This document shows, piece by piece, positions 1-5,741 of a stretch of DNA of 8,120 bases. Source of the DNA: a virus (taxonomy: Duplodnaviria > Heunggongvirae > Uroviricota > Caudoviricetes); IMG/VR virus record IMGVR_UViG_3300026224_000022. The stretch is one strand, 5' to 3'. The translations under genes and the position numbers were made by a program. The notes beneath the pieces were generated by a model that searched no databases, had not been told where the DNA came from, and worked only from the letters and a program-made list of their open reading frames with translations. Within the stretch, counting starts at the first letter, position 1. Each line of letters starts with the position of its first letter.

Positions 1-86
1 CTGGAAAGGCTGGGCCATATTCCTCCGGCAGAAGCAGAAAAAGCTTATTATGCTTCCATCGGAAATACTGATCTGGCAGCCTGAGT

Positions 87-308
87 TCACAGATAAAACA
101 CTCTCCAGGAAACCCGGGGCGGTTCAAACTGCTCCAGCCACTGTTCTGTCGTGTTATAAACCCAGCGAATTCCGCCATGCTCAGTGCCTGAATTCGTTTC
201 ATTCAGCCAGTAATGAAGCTGCTGCAACACAATTGCCTCATTCAGACCAATACGGCATGCAAGATCACGATTTATCACAATGGGCTGGGATGTCATTAAC
301 AGGCTCAT
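87..308 (-). CDS. Small 73-aa protein, possible HTH/winged-helix DNA-binding protein (could be the N-terminal part of a replication-type protein)
   Basis: ATG at 308..306 preceded by AGAGG about 6 nt upstream; stop TGA at 89..87. Translation MSLLMTSQPIVINRDLACRIGLNEAIVLQQLHYWL... has a helix-turn-helix-like pattern. Codons in 201..239 are E. coli-like (CAG, CTG, GTG). Lies downstream of the cro/cII-position genes, where lambdoid phages carry replication genes. Confidence 0.55.
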   Translation of the reverse strand: MSLLMTSQPIVINRDLACRIGLNEAIVLQQLHYWLNETNSGTEHGGIRWVYNTTEQWLEQFEPPRVSWRVFYL

Positions 309-317
309 GACCGACCT

Positions 318-656
318 CTATTTCCCTGAATTTACGATGAAACTGTTCGAGCGGACTGAAGCATTCATGTTCATAGCCTTCACGGAGGTAGATAACCCGT
401 TGTGTTTCCGGCTCCCAACGAATGACTCTGACGGGCACTCCGTAGTGATCTTTGAACCAGCGGTTAACTTGTCGCAAAGGACTGTCTCCTTCTGCCGGTT
501 GAAATCCCCCACAGCCCACTCTGCAAAGCTGTGGGTTACAATTTCCCTGTCACCTGGTACATTCACTGCATAGCAATACTCCACCTTCGCTTTTCCACCC
601 GGTACAGGAAGCGCAATCAGTTGCGAGCGACGGTAGTGTGTTGTTAAACTGTTCAT
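318..656 (-). CDS. Hypothetical protein, 112 aa as drawn; the 3' half may be out of frame (see findings)
   Basis: ATG at 656..654 overlaps the TGA of the upstream gene (ATGA overlap), with GGAG about 10 nt upstream. The first ~60 codons use strongly E. coli-like codons (CGT, CGC, CTG, GCG, CCG). The last ~45 codons are Ser/Thr/Asn-rich with mixed rare codons, while the overlapping minus frame 265..519 looks more protein-like there. Confidence 0.45.
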   Translation of the reverse strand: MNSLTTHYRRSQLIALPVPGGKAKVEYCYAVNVPGDREIVTHSFAEWAVGDFNRQKETVLCDKLTAGSKITTECPSESFVGSRKHNGLSTSVKAMNMNASVRSNSFIVNSGK

Positions 657-1294
657 GCGTTAGTTTCTCCACAACCAGAAGCAATCGACGCCACGACGCC
701 CGGAGCTGCACACTCGCGGGCGTTACTCTTTTCCGGCGCACAAAAAACACGAAATAACAGTGTTAAATGCTCCTGCCACTTCGCCATTACTTGGTAGCTG
801 TTCTCTTCGATTTGCTCACGCTCAGCTTGGTCAATAACTCCATCAGCAGTTGCCTTGCGTAAGTACTGGGAATGCTTGCCAATCCATTCTATTGACTCCA
901 TCAGCCGCTGATTAATGTCACCATTGTCAATGTCATCAATGACCACCAGCGGCACAAACACCCCATTACTACGACGGGCTATTGCATCCGTTACATGCCT
1001 GGTACCACTGGCATCCTGTAAAACCATGGCCCACTCAAGTGGAAAAATTTGATCCCCACCGCTACGCAGTCTGTTATGCAATTGATCTTTTGCTGGGGTG
1101 ATATCATCAGATTTATACAAACCAAGAATTTCTGCTGCTTCCTCATAGCCATGAGGTAAATCAGCAATCGTTCTTCGTATTGCTGCCACCAGCCATGCTG
1201 GTTGCTTATCAACTTTCCATTCAGGTTCTTTACCCACGTTTAAGCCCTCATATCTGTGGTTTCTGTAAATCGATTTATCCATTAGATTTTTCAT
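653..1294 (-). CDS. CII-position regulatory protein, 213 aa (possible phage CII/YdaT-type regulator)
   Basis: Long ORF immediately downstream of the cro-like gene on the same strand. I place the start at ATG 1294..1292 ([12 protein letters not shown]...), overlapping the cro 3' end; an alternative ATG is at 1282. The track start at 1351 lies inside cro and is unlikely. Functional call rests on position plus a weak by-eye resemblance to phage 186-type CII proteins; not verified. Confidence 0.7.
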   Translation of the reverse strand: MKNLMDKSIYRNHRYEGLNVGKEPEWKVDKQPAWLVAAIRRTIADLPHGYEEAAEILGLYKSDDITPAKDQLHNRLRSGGDQIFPLEWAMVLQDASGTRHVTDAIARRSNGVFVPLVVIDDIDNGDINQRLMESIEWIGKHSQYLRKATADGVIDQAEREQIEENSYQVMAKWQEHLTLLFRVFCAPEKSNARECAAPGVVASIASGCGETNA

Positions 1295-1475
1295 AAAGCT
1301 CAGGTTTAAATGGCAACCGTCCGCAAGTTCTATATGCAGCCTCTGCTGCACGTCCTTTTGGAATTAACTGGCCAGGACGGTTTCGCCACTGATAAACGGC
1401 TTCAGTTGTTATGCCGAAAAAAGCAGCAACTTTCTCAATGCTGCCGAAGTAGCTTTCGATATCGTCAGTCGTCAT
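1275..1475 (-). CDS. Cro-like HTH transcriptional regulator, 66 aa (YdaS/Cro family)
   Basis: ATG at 1475..1473 preceded by GGAGG about 4 nt upstream on the minus strand. Translation MTTDDIESYFGSIEKVAAFFGITTEAVYQWRNRPGQLIPKGRAAEAAY... shows an HTH followed by the QW-x-n-IP motif typical of YdaS-like Cro proteins. Divergent from the repressor gene across a 97-bp AT-rich operator region. Confidence 0.8.
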   Translation of the reverse strand: MTTDDIESYFGSIEKVAAFFGITTEAVYQWRNRPGQLIPKGRAAEAAYRTCGRLPFKPELYEKSNG

Positions 1476-1486
1476 ATGCCCTCCGA

Positions 1487-1502
1487 ACTAAGTTTTATTA
1501 GA
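1487..1502. promoter_or_regulatory. Putative operator site (imperfect palindrome ACTAAGTTTTATTAGA)
   Basis: Left half ACTAAG is identical to the perfect site at 1536..1551; right half matches 4 of 6. Sits next to the cro start. Confidence 0.45.
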
Positions 1503-1535
1503 TGTTAATTATCAATCTATCTTAGGTCAATAAAA

Positions 1536-1551
1536 ACTAAGATTACTTAGT
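1536..1551. promoter_or_regulatory. Putative operator site (perfect 16-bp palindrome ACTAAG-ATTA-CTTAGT)
   Basis: Perfect inverted repeat with 6-bp arms and a 4-bp spacer, 22 bp upstream of the repressor start codon. Confidence 0.55.
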
Positions 1552-1572
1552 AATTAAAGAAATGGTGCTCCT

Positions 1573-2199
1573 ATGGAAACGGTTGGTCAGCGTATAAAAG
1601 CTCTGAGAAGAGTTACCAGAACGTCCCAGAAAGAATTGGGTAAATTTTGTGGAGTAAGTGACGTTGCTGTGGGGTACTGGGAGAAAGACATCAATGTCCC
1701 TGGTGGAGAAGCACTTTCAAAATTAGCGAAGTTCTTCAATACGTCAATAGATTACATTCTTTATGGTGCGGAGTTTGAAGGCAAACTCGTCACAAACATG
1801 CGCAGAGTTCCTGTAATCTCGTGGGTTCAGGCTGGGCAGTTTACTGAGTGCAGGACAGCAGAAGTGTTTAGTGAAGTAGACAAGTGGGTAGATACATCAT
1901 TAAAGATTGGTGATAACTCATTTGCATTGGAGGTTAAAGGCGACTCCATGACTAACCCTAACGGCCTCCCAACAATACCAGAAGGCGCAACAGTGATTGT
2001 AGATCCTGATGCAGAACCCCGGCATGGAAAAATAGTCATCGCTAGACTTGATGGAACAAACGAAGCCACAGTAAAAAAATTAGTTATCGATGGCCCTCAA
2101 AAGTTTTTAGTGCCATTAAATCCCCGGTACCCCAACATCCCGATCAATGGTAATTGCCTCATCATTGGTGTAGTCAAAGGAGTTCAATACGAACTCTAG
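1573..2199 (+). CDS. CI-type phage repressor, 208 aa (N-terminal XRE-family HTH plus C-terminal S24 LexA-like autopeptidase)
   Basis: N-terminus METVGQRIKALRRVTRTSQKELGKFCGVSDVAVGYWEKD is a canonical XRE HTH. Ala87-Gly88 in VQAGQF (nt 1831..1836) is a candidate RecA-stimulated cleavage site. Ser125 in GDSM (nt 1945..1947) and Lys168/169 in VKKL form the catalytic dyad, spaced as in LexA and lambda CI. Divergent from a cro-like gene. Confidence 0.9.
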   Translation: METVGQRIKALRRVTRTSQKELGKFCGVSDVAVGYWEKDINVPGGEALSKLAKFFNTSIDYILYGAEFEGKLVTNMRRVPVISWVQAGQFTECRTAEVFSEVDKWVDTSLKIGDNSFALEVKGDSMTNPNGLPTIPEGATVIVDPDAEPRHGKIVIARLDGTNEATVKKLVIDGPQKFLVPLNPRYPNIPINGNCLIIGVVKGVQYEL

Positions 2200-2215
2200 C
2201 TCCCCTTTTCTCTAA

Positions 2216-2249
2216 CCAAAACACCGAACTAAGAAAAGTTTGGTGTTTT
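2216..2249 (+). terminator. Hairpin just after the repressor gene (possible weak terminator)
   Basis: AAACACC (2219..2225) pairs with GGTGTTT (2241..2247) and is followed by TTTC. The 15-nt loop is large for an intrinsic terminator and contains an operator half-site, so this may be a DNA-level element rather than a terminator. Confidence 0.3.
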
Positions 2250-2279
2250 CTCTTGCCATCAAAACTAAGTTAAGTTAGA
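2228..2279. promoter_or_regulatory. OL-like operator repeats downstream of the repressor gene
   Basis: AACTAAG heptamer at 2227..2233 and 2263..2269. Candidate 16-bp sites ACTAAGAAAAGTTTGG (2228..2243) and ACTAAGTTAAGTTAGA (2264..2279) share the left half-site with the OR-side sites. They lie upstream of the first plus-strand gene after the repressor. Confidence 0.45.
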
Positions 2280-2383
2280 TTTTATATCAAAGATAACGAA
2301 CAGGCAGGACGCCCACGAAGTAGCCGCCGGTGGCGTATGAATGACCGGATGATTCGTTAAATACTATGTGTAAGAGAGCGCAA

Positions 2384-2587
2384 ATGAACCGTTATTTCAC
2401 ATGCTCGTTTTGTGGCGCAAACGAGCTGCAGGCAAAAAAAATCATCGCCAAAGGCGGAAAAGATGAAGTTGCTATCTGCTCTGAGTGCGTAGTCTTGTGT
2501 GTCGGGGCATTAATCAATATCAGCACAACTATTCAGTTCACACCAAATGAGAATGCGCCTTTAGATGCGCGGAAATCTGGAGGTTAA
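2384..2587 (+). CDS. Small protein (67 aa) resembling the ClpX N-terminal C4 zinc-binding domain
   Basis: ATG at 2384 with AGAGAG 5 nt upstream (track start 2366 has no SD). MNRYFTCSFCGANELQAKKIIAKGGKDEVAICSECVVLCVGAL matches the ClpX ZBD pattern as I recall it (CSFCG ... K/R-x-I-A ... IC-x-EC-V-x-LC), with all four Cys present. No AAA+ module follows. Confidence 0.75.
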   Translation: MNRYFTCSFCGANELQAKKIIAKGGKDEVAICSECVVLCVGALINISTTIQFTPNENAPLDARKSGG

Positions 2588-2595
2588 AGAACAAA

Positions 2596-2871
2596 ATGAA
2601 AGTCCAGATTTTAAACAATAGTGGTGAAGTCGTTTGGTCATACGACATAGCCGCTCATGTAGATCAGAGCGGCGATAGCTGGACCAATGGGAAACATCAG
2701 ATTATGGCTGGAGTTGTGTTCTCTTTACGCCGTGCTTTAGAACAGGCTGAAGTCTTTCCATTAGACCCTGAATGGAAATGGCCTTTTTCTATTTGTCCAA
2801 ATTCGGAGAGTACATTTCAGAAAATTGGTCAGAAAGTCGCACTCGAAGAGCATCAGCCAACTGTTTCCTGA
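2596..2871 (+). CDS. Hypothetical protein, 91 aa
   Basis: ATG at 2596, 8 nt after the stop of the upstream gene; GGAGG at 2579..2583 gives a rather long spacing of about 12 nt. Protein-like composition. The 3' 83 nt overlap the convergent minus-strand ORF 2789..3034, so one of the two may be shorter or spurious. Confidence 0.45.
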   Translation: MKVQILNNSGEVVWSYDIAAHVDQSGDSWTNGKHQIMAGVVFSLRRALEQAEVFPLDPEWKWPFSICPNSESTFQKIGQKVALEEHQPTVS

Positions 2872-3034
2872 TTTTTTCAGGTAACTCGTCGGCATCGCAG
2901 AAACAACAACGCTCGATCATGTTGAAAGCCGATTCGTAGAACTGTTTCTGCTGAGTGTCGCTGAGACAGGAAAAGAGCGACGTTACGATGATTTTATTAA
3001 TTGCATTATCAAGTTCTTTTTCATCAAAAGTCAT
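2789..3034 (-). CDS. Hypothetical protein, 80 aa, opposite orientation within the plus-strand operon (moron-like)
   Basis: ATG at 3034..3032 with AAGGAA about 7 nt upstream on the minus strand; stop TAG at 2791..2789. Translation MTFDEKELDNAINKIIVTSLF...CCFCDADELPEKIRKQLADALRVRL... is protein-like. No homolog recognised. Confidence 0.55.
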   Translation of the reverse strand: MTFDEKELDNAINKIIVTSLFSCLSDTQQKQFYESAFNMIERCCFCDADELPEKIRKQLADALRVRLSDQFSEMYSPNLDK

Positions 3035-3129
3035 TTGATTTTCCTTTTATGTATACGGACTTAAAAGGATACCACCGAGCCTGAAGTGGTGAAAAGACAG
3101 GCACATAACAGCTAAGTATTTTCAACCAG

Positions 3130-3450
3130 AGAGAATCCTTAGCGTTGTGGTGAATGCGGCTCAGCGCACGCGGGTTAAGGTTGAGGCTGACAGTCGACCT
3201 TCTGTGGATACCCACCCGCCTGGTGTGCAACCTTCGCCAGGCACCGGGAGGCACCCGGCACCACAACTTTATGCTGTGTGTAGTCCTGGCGGTACCAGCT
3301 TGTACCATTGCTTCCGGCTGGTACCGTCCTTTTTACAAAACAGAGAAGAGCATCACCGGACGACGGGCTCATAACCCAATCCATCCGGGCGGCAGCCACC
3401 GCAGGTGTTCTTCTCTGTTTTGTGGAGAAACCAACCGACCTTGCAGGGTC
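3130..3450 (+). other. GC-rich, hairpin-dense non-coding region (candidate structured RNA or regulatory/terminator cluster)
   Basis: Local GC is much higher than the flanks. ORFs here are Arg/Pro-rich, overlap in all frames and lack SD. Stems: 3218..3225 with 3235..3242 (8 bp); CCGGG/CCCGG 3244..3258; 12-bp stem 3288..3299 with 3317..3328 followed by T5; 13-bp perfect inverted repeat 3337..3349 with 3409..3421. Confidence 0.4.
3288..3334 (+). terminator. Intrinsic-terminator-like hairpin with T-tract
   Basis: GGCGGTACCAGC (3288..3299) pairs with GCTGGTACCGTC (3317..3328), 12 bp with one G-U, 17-nt loop, then C plus TTTTT (3330..3334). Could be a terminator inside the early operon, or the 3' end of a small RNA. 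Confidence 0.5.
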
Positions 3451-3471
3451 GATATGATGAGGAGCAGCAAA

Positions 3472-3834
3472 ATGGCTAGCGAACGCAGTACTGATGTGCA
3501 GGCATTTATCGGGGAGCTGGACGGCGGCGTATTTGAAACCAAAATCGGCGCAGTTCTCAGTGAAGTCGCTTCCGGTGTGATGAACACGAAAACCAAAGGG
3601 AAGGTCTCACTCAACCTGGAAATCGAACCATTTGATGAGAACCGTGTGAAAATCAAACACAAACTCTCATATGTTCGCCCGACTAACCGCGGGAAAATTT
3701 CCGAAGAAGACACCACCGAAACGCCGATGTATGTCAATCGCGGTGGTCGCCTGACTATTCTGCAGGAAGACCAGGGACAATTACTGACTCTTGCCGGTGA
3801 ACCTGACGGAAAACTCCGCGCAGCAGGTCATTAA
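3472..3834 (+). CDS. yfdP: YfdP-like prophage protein, 120 aa
   Basis: ATG at 3472 with GAGGAG (3458..3463) about 8 nt upstream. The track ORF starts at 3154 but its upstream 106 codons run through the GC-rich region and are Arg-rich. The size matches the 120-aa YfdP I recall from K-12 CPS-53, and it sits immediately upstream of a YfdQ-like gene. Confidence 0.75.
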   Translation: MASERSTDVQAFIGELDGGVFETKIGAVLSEVASGVMNTKTKGKVSLNLEIEPFDENRVKIKHKLSYVRPTNRGKISEEDTTETPMYVNRGGRLTILQEDQGQLLTLAGEPDGKLRAAGH

Positions 3835-3899
3835 TATCGTTCTTAATTAACTGATTATTTATCTCATCACTGAATATCTTAATATAGTGAGGACTTATT

Positions 3900-4724
3900 A
3901 TGTCTCAGTACTTAGACGCAACCGCAATTAATCAAATCCAATCCCTTATTTCTGCTCAGGGTGTTAATGAAATTATCAGTAAGATTGGTGCCGATGCTGT
4001 GGCATTGCCTGAGAATTTCCGCATTCATGATCTGGAAAAATTTAATTTAAATCGTTTCCGTTTCCGTGGTTCACTTTCCACTGCCAGCATCGATGACTTT
4101 ACCCGTTATTCTAAAGATCTTGCAGATGAAGGCACCCGCTGCTTTATCGATGCCGATAATATGCGAGCCGTCAGTGTGCTTAACCTGGGTACTATTGATG
4201 AACCAGGTCACGCAGATAACACCGCCACTCTCAAACTGAAAAAGACAGCACCGTTCTCTGCTCTGTTGTCTGTTAATGGCGAGCGTAACTCCCAGAAGTC
4301 ACTGGCAGAATGGATTGAAGACTGGGCCGACTACCTTGTGGGCTTTGATGCTAATGGTGACGCCATTCAGGCAACCAAAGCGGCTGCGGCGATCCGTAAA
4401 ATCACAATTGAAGCGAACCAGACCGCTGATTTTGAAGACAATGACTTCAGCGGCAAACGCTCCCTGATGGAGTCTGTCGAAGCGAAGACCAAAGACATTA
4501 TGCCAGTGGCATTTGAATTTAAATGCGTTCCGTTTGAAGGTCTGAAAGAACGTCCGTTTAAATTACGCCTCAGCATTATCACTGGCGATCGTCCTGTACT
4601 GGTTCTGCGCATTATTCAGCTGGAAGCGGTGCAGGAAGAAATGGCTAACGAATTTCGTGATCTGCTTGTTGAGAAATTCAAAGACAGCAAAGTAGAAACC
4701 TTTATTGGTACTTTCACCGCCTGA
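3900..4724 (+). CDS. yfdQ: YfdQ-like protein, 274 aa (DUF-type prophage protein of unknown function)
   Basis: ATG at 3900 with TGAGGA about 7 nt upstream. Long ORF with good codon usage. Size and position match YfdQ of CPS-53 (recalled, not searched). Confidence 0.85.
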   Translation: MSQYLDATAINQIQSLISAQGVNEIISKIGADAVALPENFRIHDLEKFNLNRFRFRGSLSTASIDDFTRYSKDLADEGTRCFIDADNMRAVSVLNLGTIDEPGHADNTATLKLKKTAPFSALLSVNGERNSQKSLAEWIEDWADYLVGFDANGDAIQATKAAAAIRKITIEANQTADFEDNDFSGKRSLMESVEAKTKDIMPVAFEFKCVPFEGLKERPFKLRLSIITGDRPVLVLRIIQLEAVQEEMANEFRDLLVEKFKDSKVETFIGTFTA

Positions 4725-4736
4725 TTTCATTACTGC

Positions 4737-4758
4737 AAATGCCCCTGCGGGGGCATTT
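4737..4758 (+). terminator. Hairpin after the yfdQ-like gene (terminator/attenuator candidate)
   Basis: AAATGCCCC (4737..4745) pairs with GGGGCATTT (4750..4758) across a 4-nt loop, 13 nt after the stop codon. The T-run lies within the stem, so this is a weak or bidirectional terminator. Confidence 0.4.
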
Positions 4759-4851
4759 ATGGAAACGTAATTAACTCAATAATCACCGGATGGTGAGGGA
4801 TTCTTTTTAGCAGAATTCAGCGCGGTGCAGCGCATATACGTGGAGAACAAA

Positions 4852-5388
4852 ATGTCATTTATTAAAACTTTTTCCGGGAAGCATTTTTATTATGACAGGA
4901 TAAATAAAGACGACATCGATATTAACGATATCGCGGTTTCCCTTTCAAATATCTGTCGCTTTGCCGGTCATCTTTCGCACTTCTACAGCGTCGCCCAACA
5001 TGCGGTTCTTTGCAGCCAGCTGGTGCCGCAGGAATTTGCTTTTGAAGCGTTAATGCATGATGCAACAGAAGCGTATTGCCAGGACATTCCCGCACCACTG
5101 AAACGCCTTCTTCCTGACTATAAACGGATGGAAGAAAAAATAGACGCCGTAATCCGTGAGAAATACGGGTTACCACCGGTTATGAGTACGCCCGTGAAAT
5201 ATGCCGATCTCATCATGCTGGCAACCGAACGCCGCGATCTCGGGCTTGATGATGGCTCTTTCTGGCCTGTACTGGAAGGTATCCCGGCAACAGAGATGTT
5301 CAACGTGATTCCACTGGCTCCAGGCCATGCCTACGGGATGTTTATGGAACGCTTTAACGAATTATCGGAGTTACGCAAATGCGCATGA
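4852..5388 (+). CDS. yfdR: HD-domain phosphohydrolase, YfdR-like 5'-deoxynucleotidase, 178 aa
   Basis: ATG at 4852 with GGAG (4842..4845) 6 nt upstream; the track start at 4825 is GTG without SD. H...HD signature visible (SVAQHAVL ... ALMHDATEAY). Length 178 aa matches K-12 YfdR, which I recall as a characterised HD-domain 5'-deoxynucleotidase. Confidence 0.85.
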   Translation: MSFIKTFSGKHFYYDRINKDDIDINDIAVSLSNICRFAGHLSHFYSVAQHAVLCSQLVPQEFAFEALMHDATEAYCQDIPAPLKRLLPDYKRMEEKIDAVIREKYGLPPVMSTPVKYADLIMLATERRDLGLDDGSFWPVLEGIPATEMFNVIPLAPGHAYGMFMERFNELSELRKCA

Positions 5389-5741
5389 ATGTTTTCGAAA
5401 TGGAAGGATTTCTTCGCGGGAAATGTGTACCGCGAGATCTGAAAGTGAATGAAACGGATGCTGAATACCTGGTGCGTAAATTTGATGCGCTTGAAGCTAA
5501 ATGTGCAGCACTGGAAAACAAAGTAATACCAGTGTCAGCTGAACTGCCGCCAGCGAATGAAAGTGTTCTGTTATTTGATGCTAATGGAGAAGGCTGGCTG
5601 ATTGGCTGGCGTTCTCTCTGGTATACATGGGGGCAAAAAGAAACCGGAGAATGGCAGTGGACATTTCAGGTCGGGGACCTTGAAAACGTCAACATCACTC
5701 ACTGGGCAGTAATGCCAAAAGCACTGGAGGCTGGAGCATAA
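5379..5741 (+). CDS. yfdS: YfdS-like protein, 120 aa
   Basis: ATG at 5379 with GGAG (5366..5369) about 9 nt upstream; overlaps the yfdR-like stop (ATGCGCATGA). Size matches YfdS as recalled. Confidence 0.8.
   Translation: MRMNVFEMEGFLRGKCVPRDLKVNETDAEYLVRKFDALEAKCAALENKVIPVSAELPPANESVLLFDANGEGWLIGWRSLWYTWGQKETGEWQWTFQVGDLENVNITHWAVMPKALEAGA

Larger units (their letters stand above)
1476..1572. promoter_or_regulatory. Divergent promoter/operator region between cro-like and cI-like genes (OR-like)
   Basis: 97-bp AT-rich intergenic region between divergent start codons (1475 minus, 1573 plus). Contains two copies of the heptamer AACTAAG plus a CTTAG half-site at 1521..1525. The repressor gene has no strong SD, consistent with a PRM-like weakly translated or leaderless transcript. 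Confidence 0.65.

Noticed and set aside
1-90. Possible minus-strand gene running off the left edge (ATG at 18..16 after GGAGG, or GTG at 90..88 overlapping the upstream stop as GTGA)
   Set aside because: Only 6 to 30 codons are visible. Plausible as the next operon gene but cannot be supported from this window.
50-573. Plus-strand ORFs 50..310 and 280..573
   Set aside because: No SD before any candidate start; they run against the minus-strand operon. 280..573 is in codon register with the antisense frame 265..519, which explains its protein-like look. Not fully excluded (see findings).
550-1501. ORFs 550..750(-), 991..1212(-), 1310..1501(+)
   Set aside because: Embedded in or antisense to the CII-position and cro-like genes; no translation signals.
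1827-2069. Minus ORF 1827..2069 inside the repressor gene
   Set aside because: Antisense to the well-supported HTH/S24 repressor ORF.
2371-2379. boxA-like CGCTCTCTT (nut-site-like) motif
   Set aside because: It is on the minus strand, while the operon here is transcribed on the plus strand. It also overlaps the purine-rich SD of the ClpX-ZBD-like gene, which explains it.
3130-3450. Retron msr/msd or DicF-like sRNA as identity of the GC-rich element
   Set aside because: No reverse transcriptase gene nearby and no resemblance to the DicF sequence as I recall it. Kept as an unclassified structured element.
3024-3737. ORFs 3024..3308(-), 3147..3374(+), 3175..3399(-), 3369..3737(-) and the 5' extension of 3154..3834(+)
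   Set aside because: They lie in the GC-rich island where every frame is open. Products are Arg/Pro/Gly-rich and low complexity, they overlap each other and yfdP, and none has an SD. yfdP has a clear GAGGAG-ATG start at 3472.
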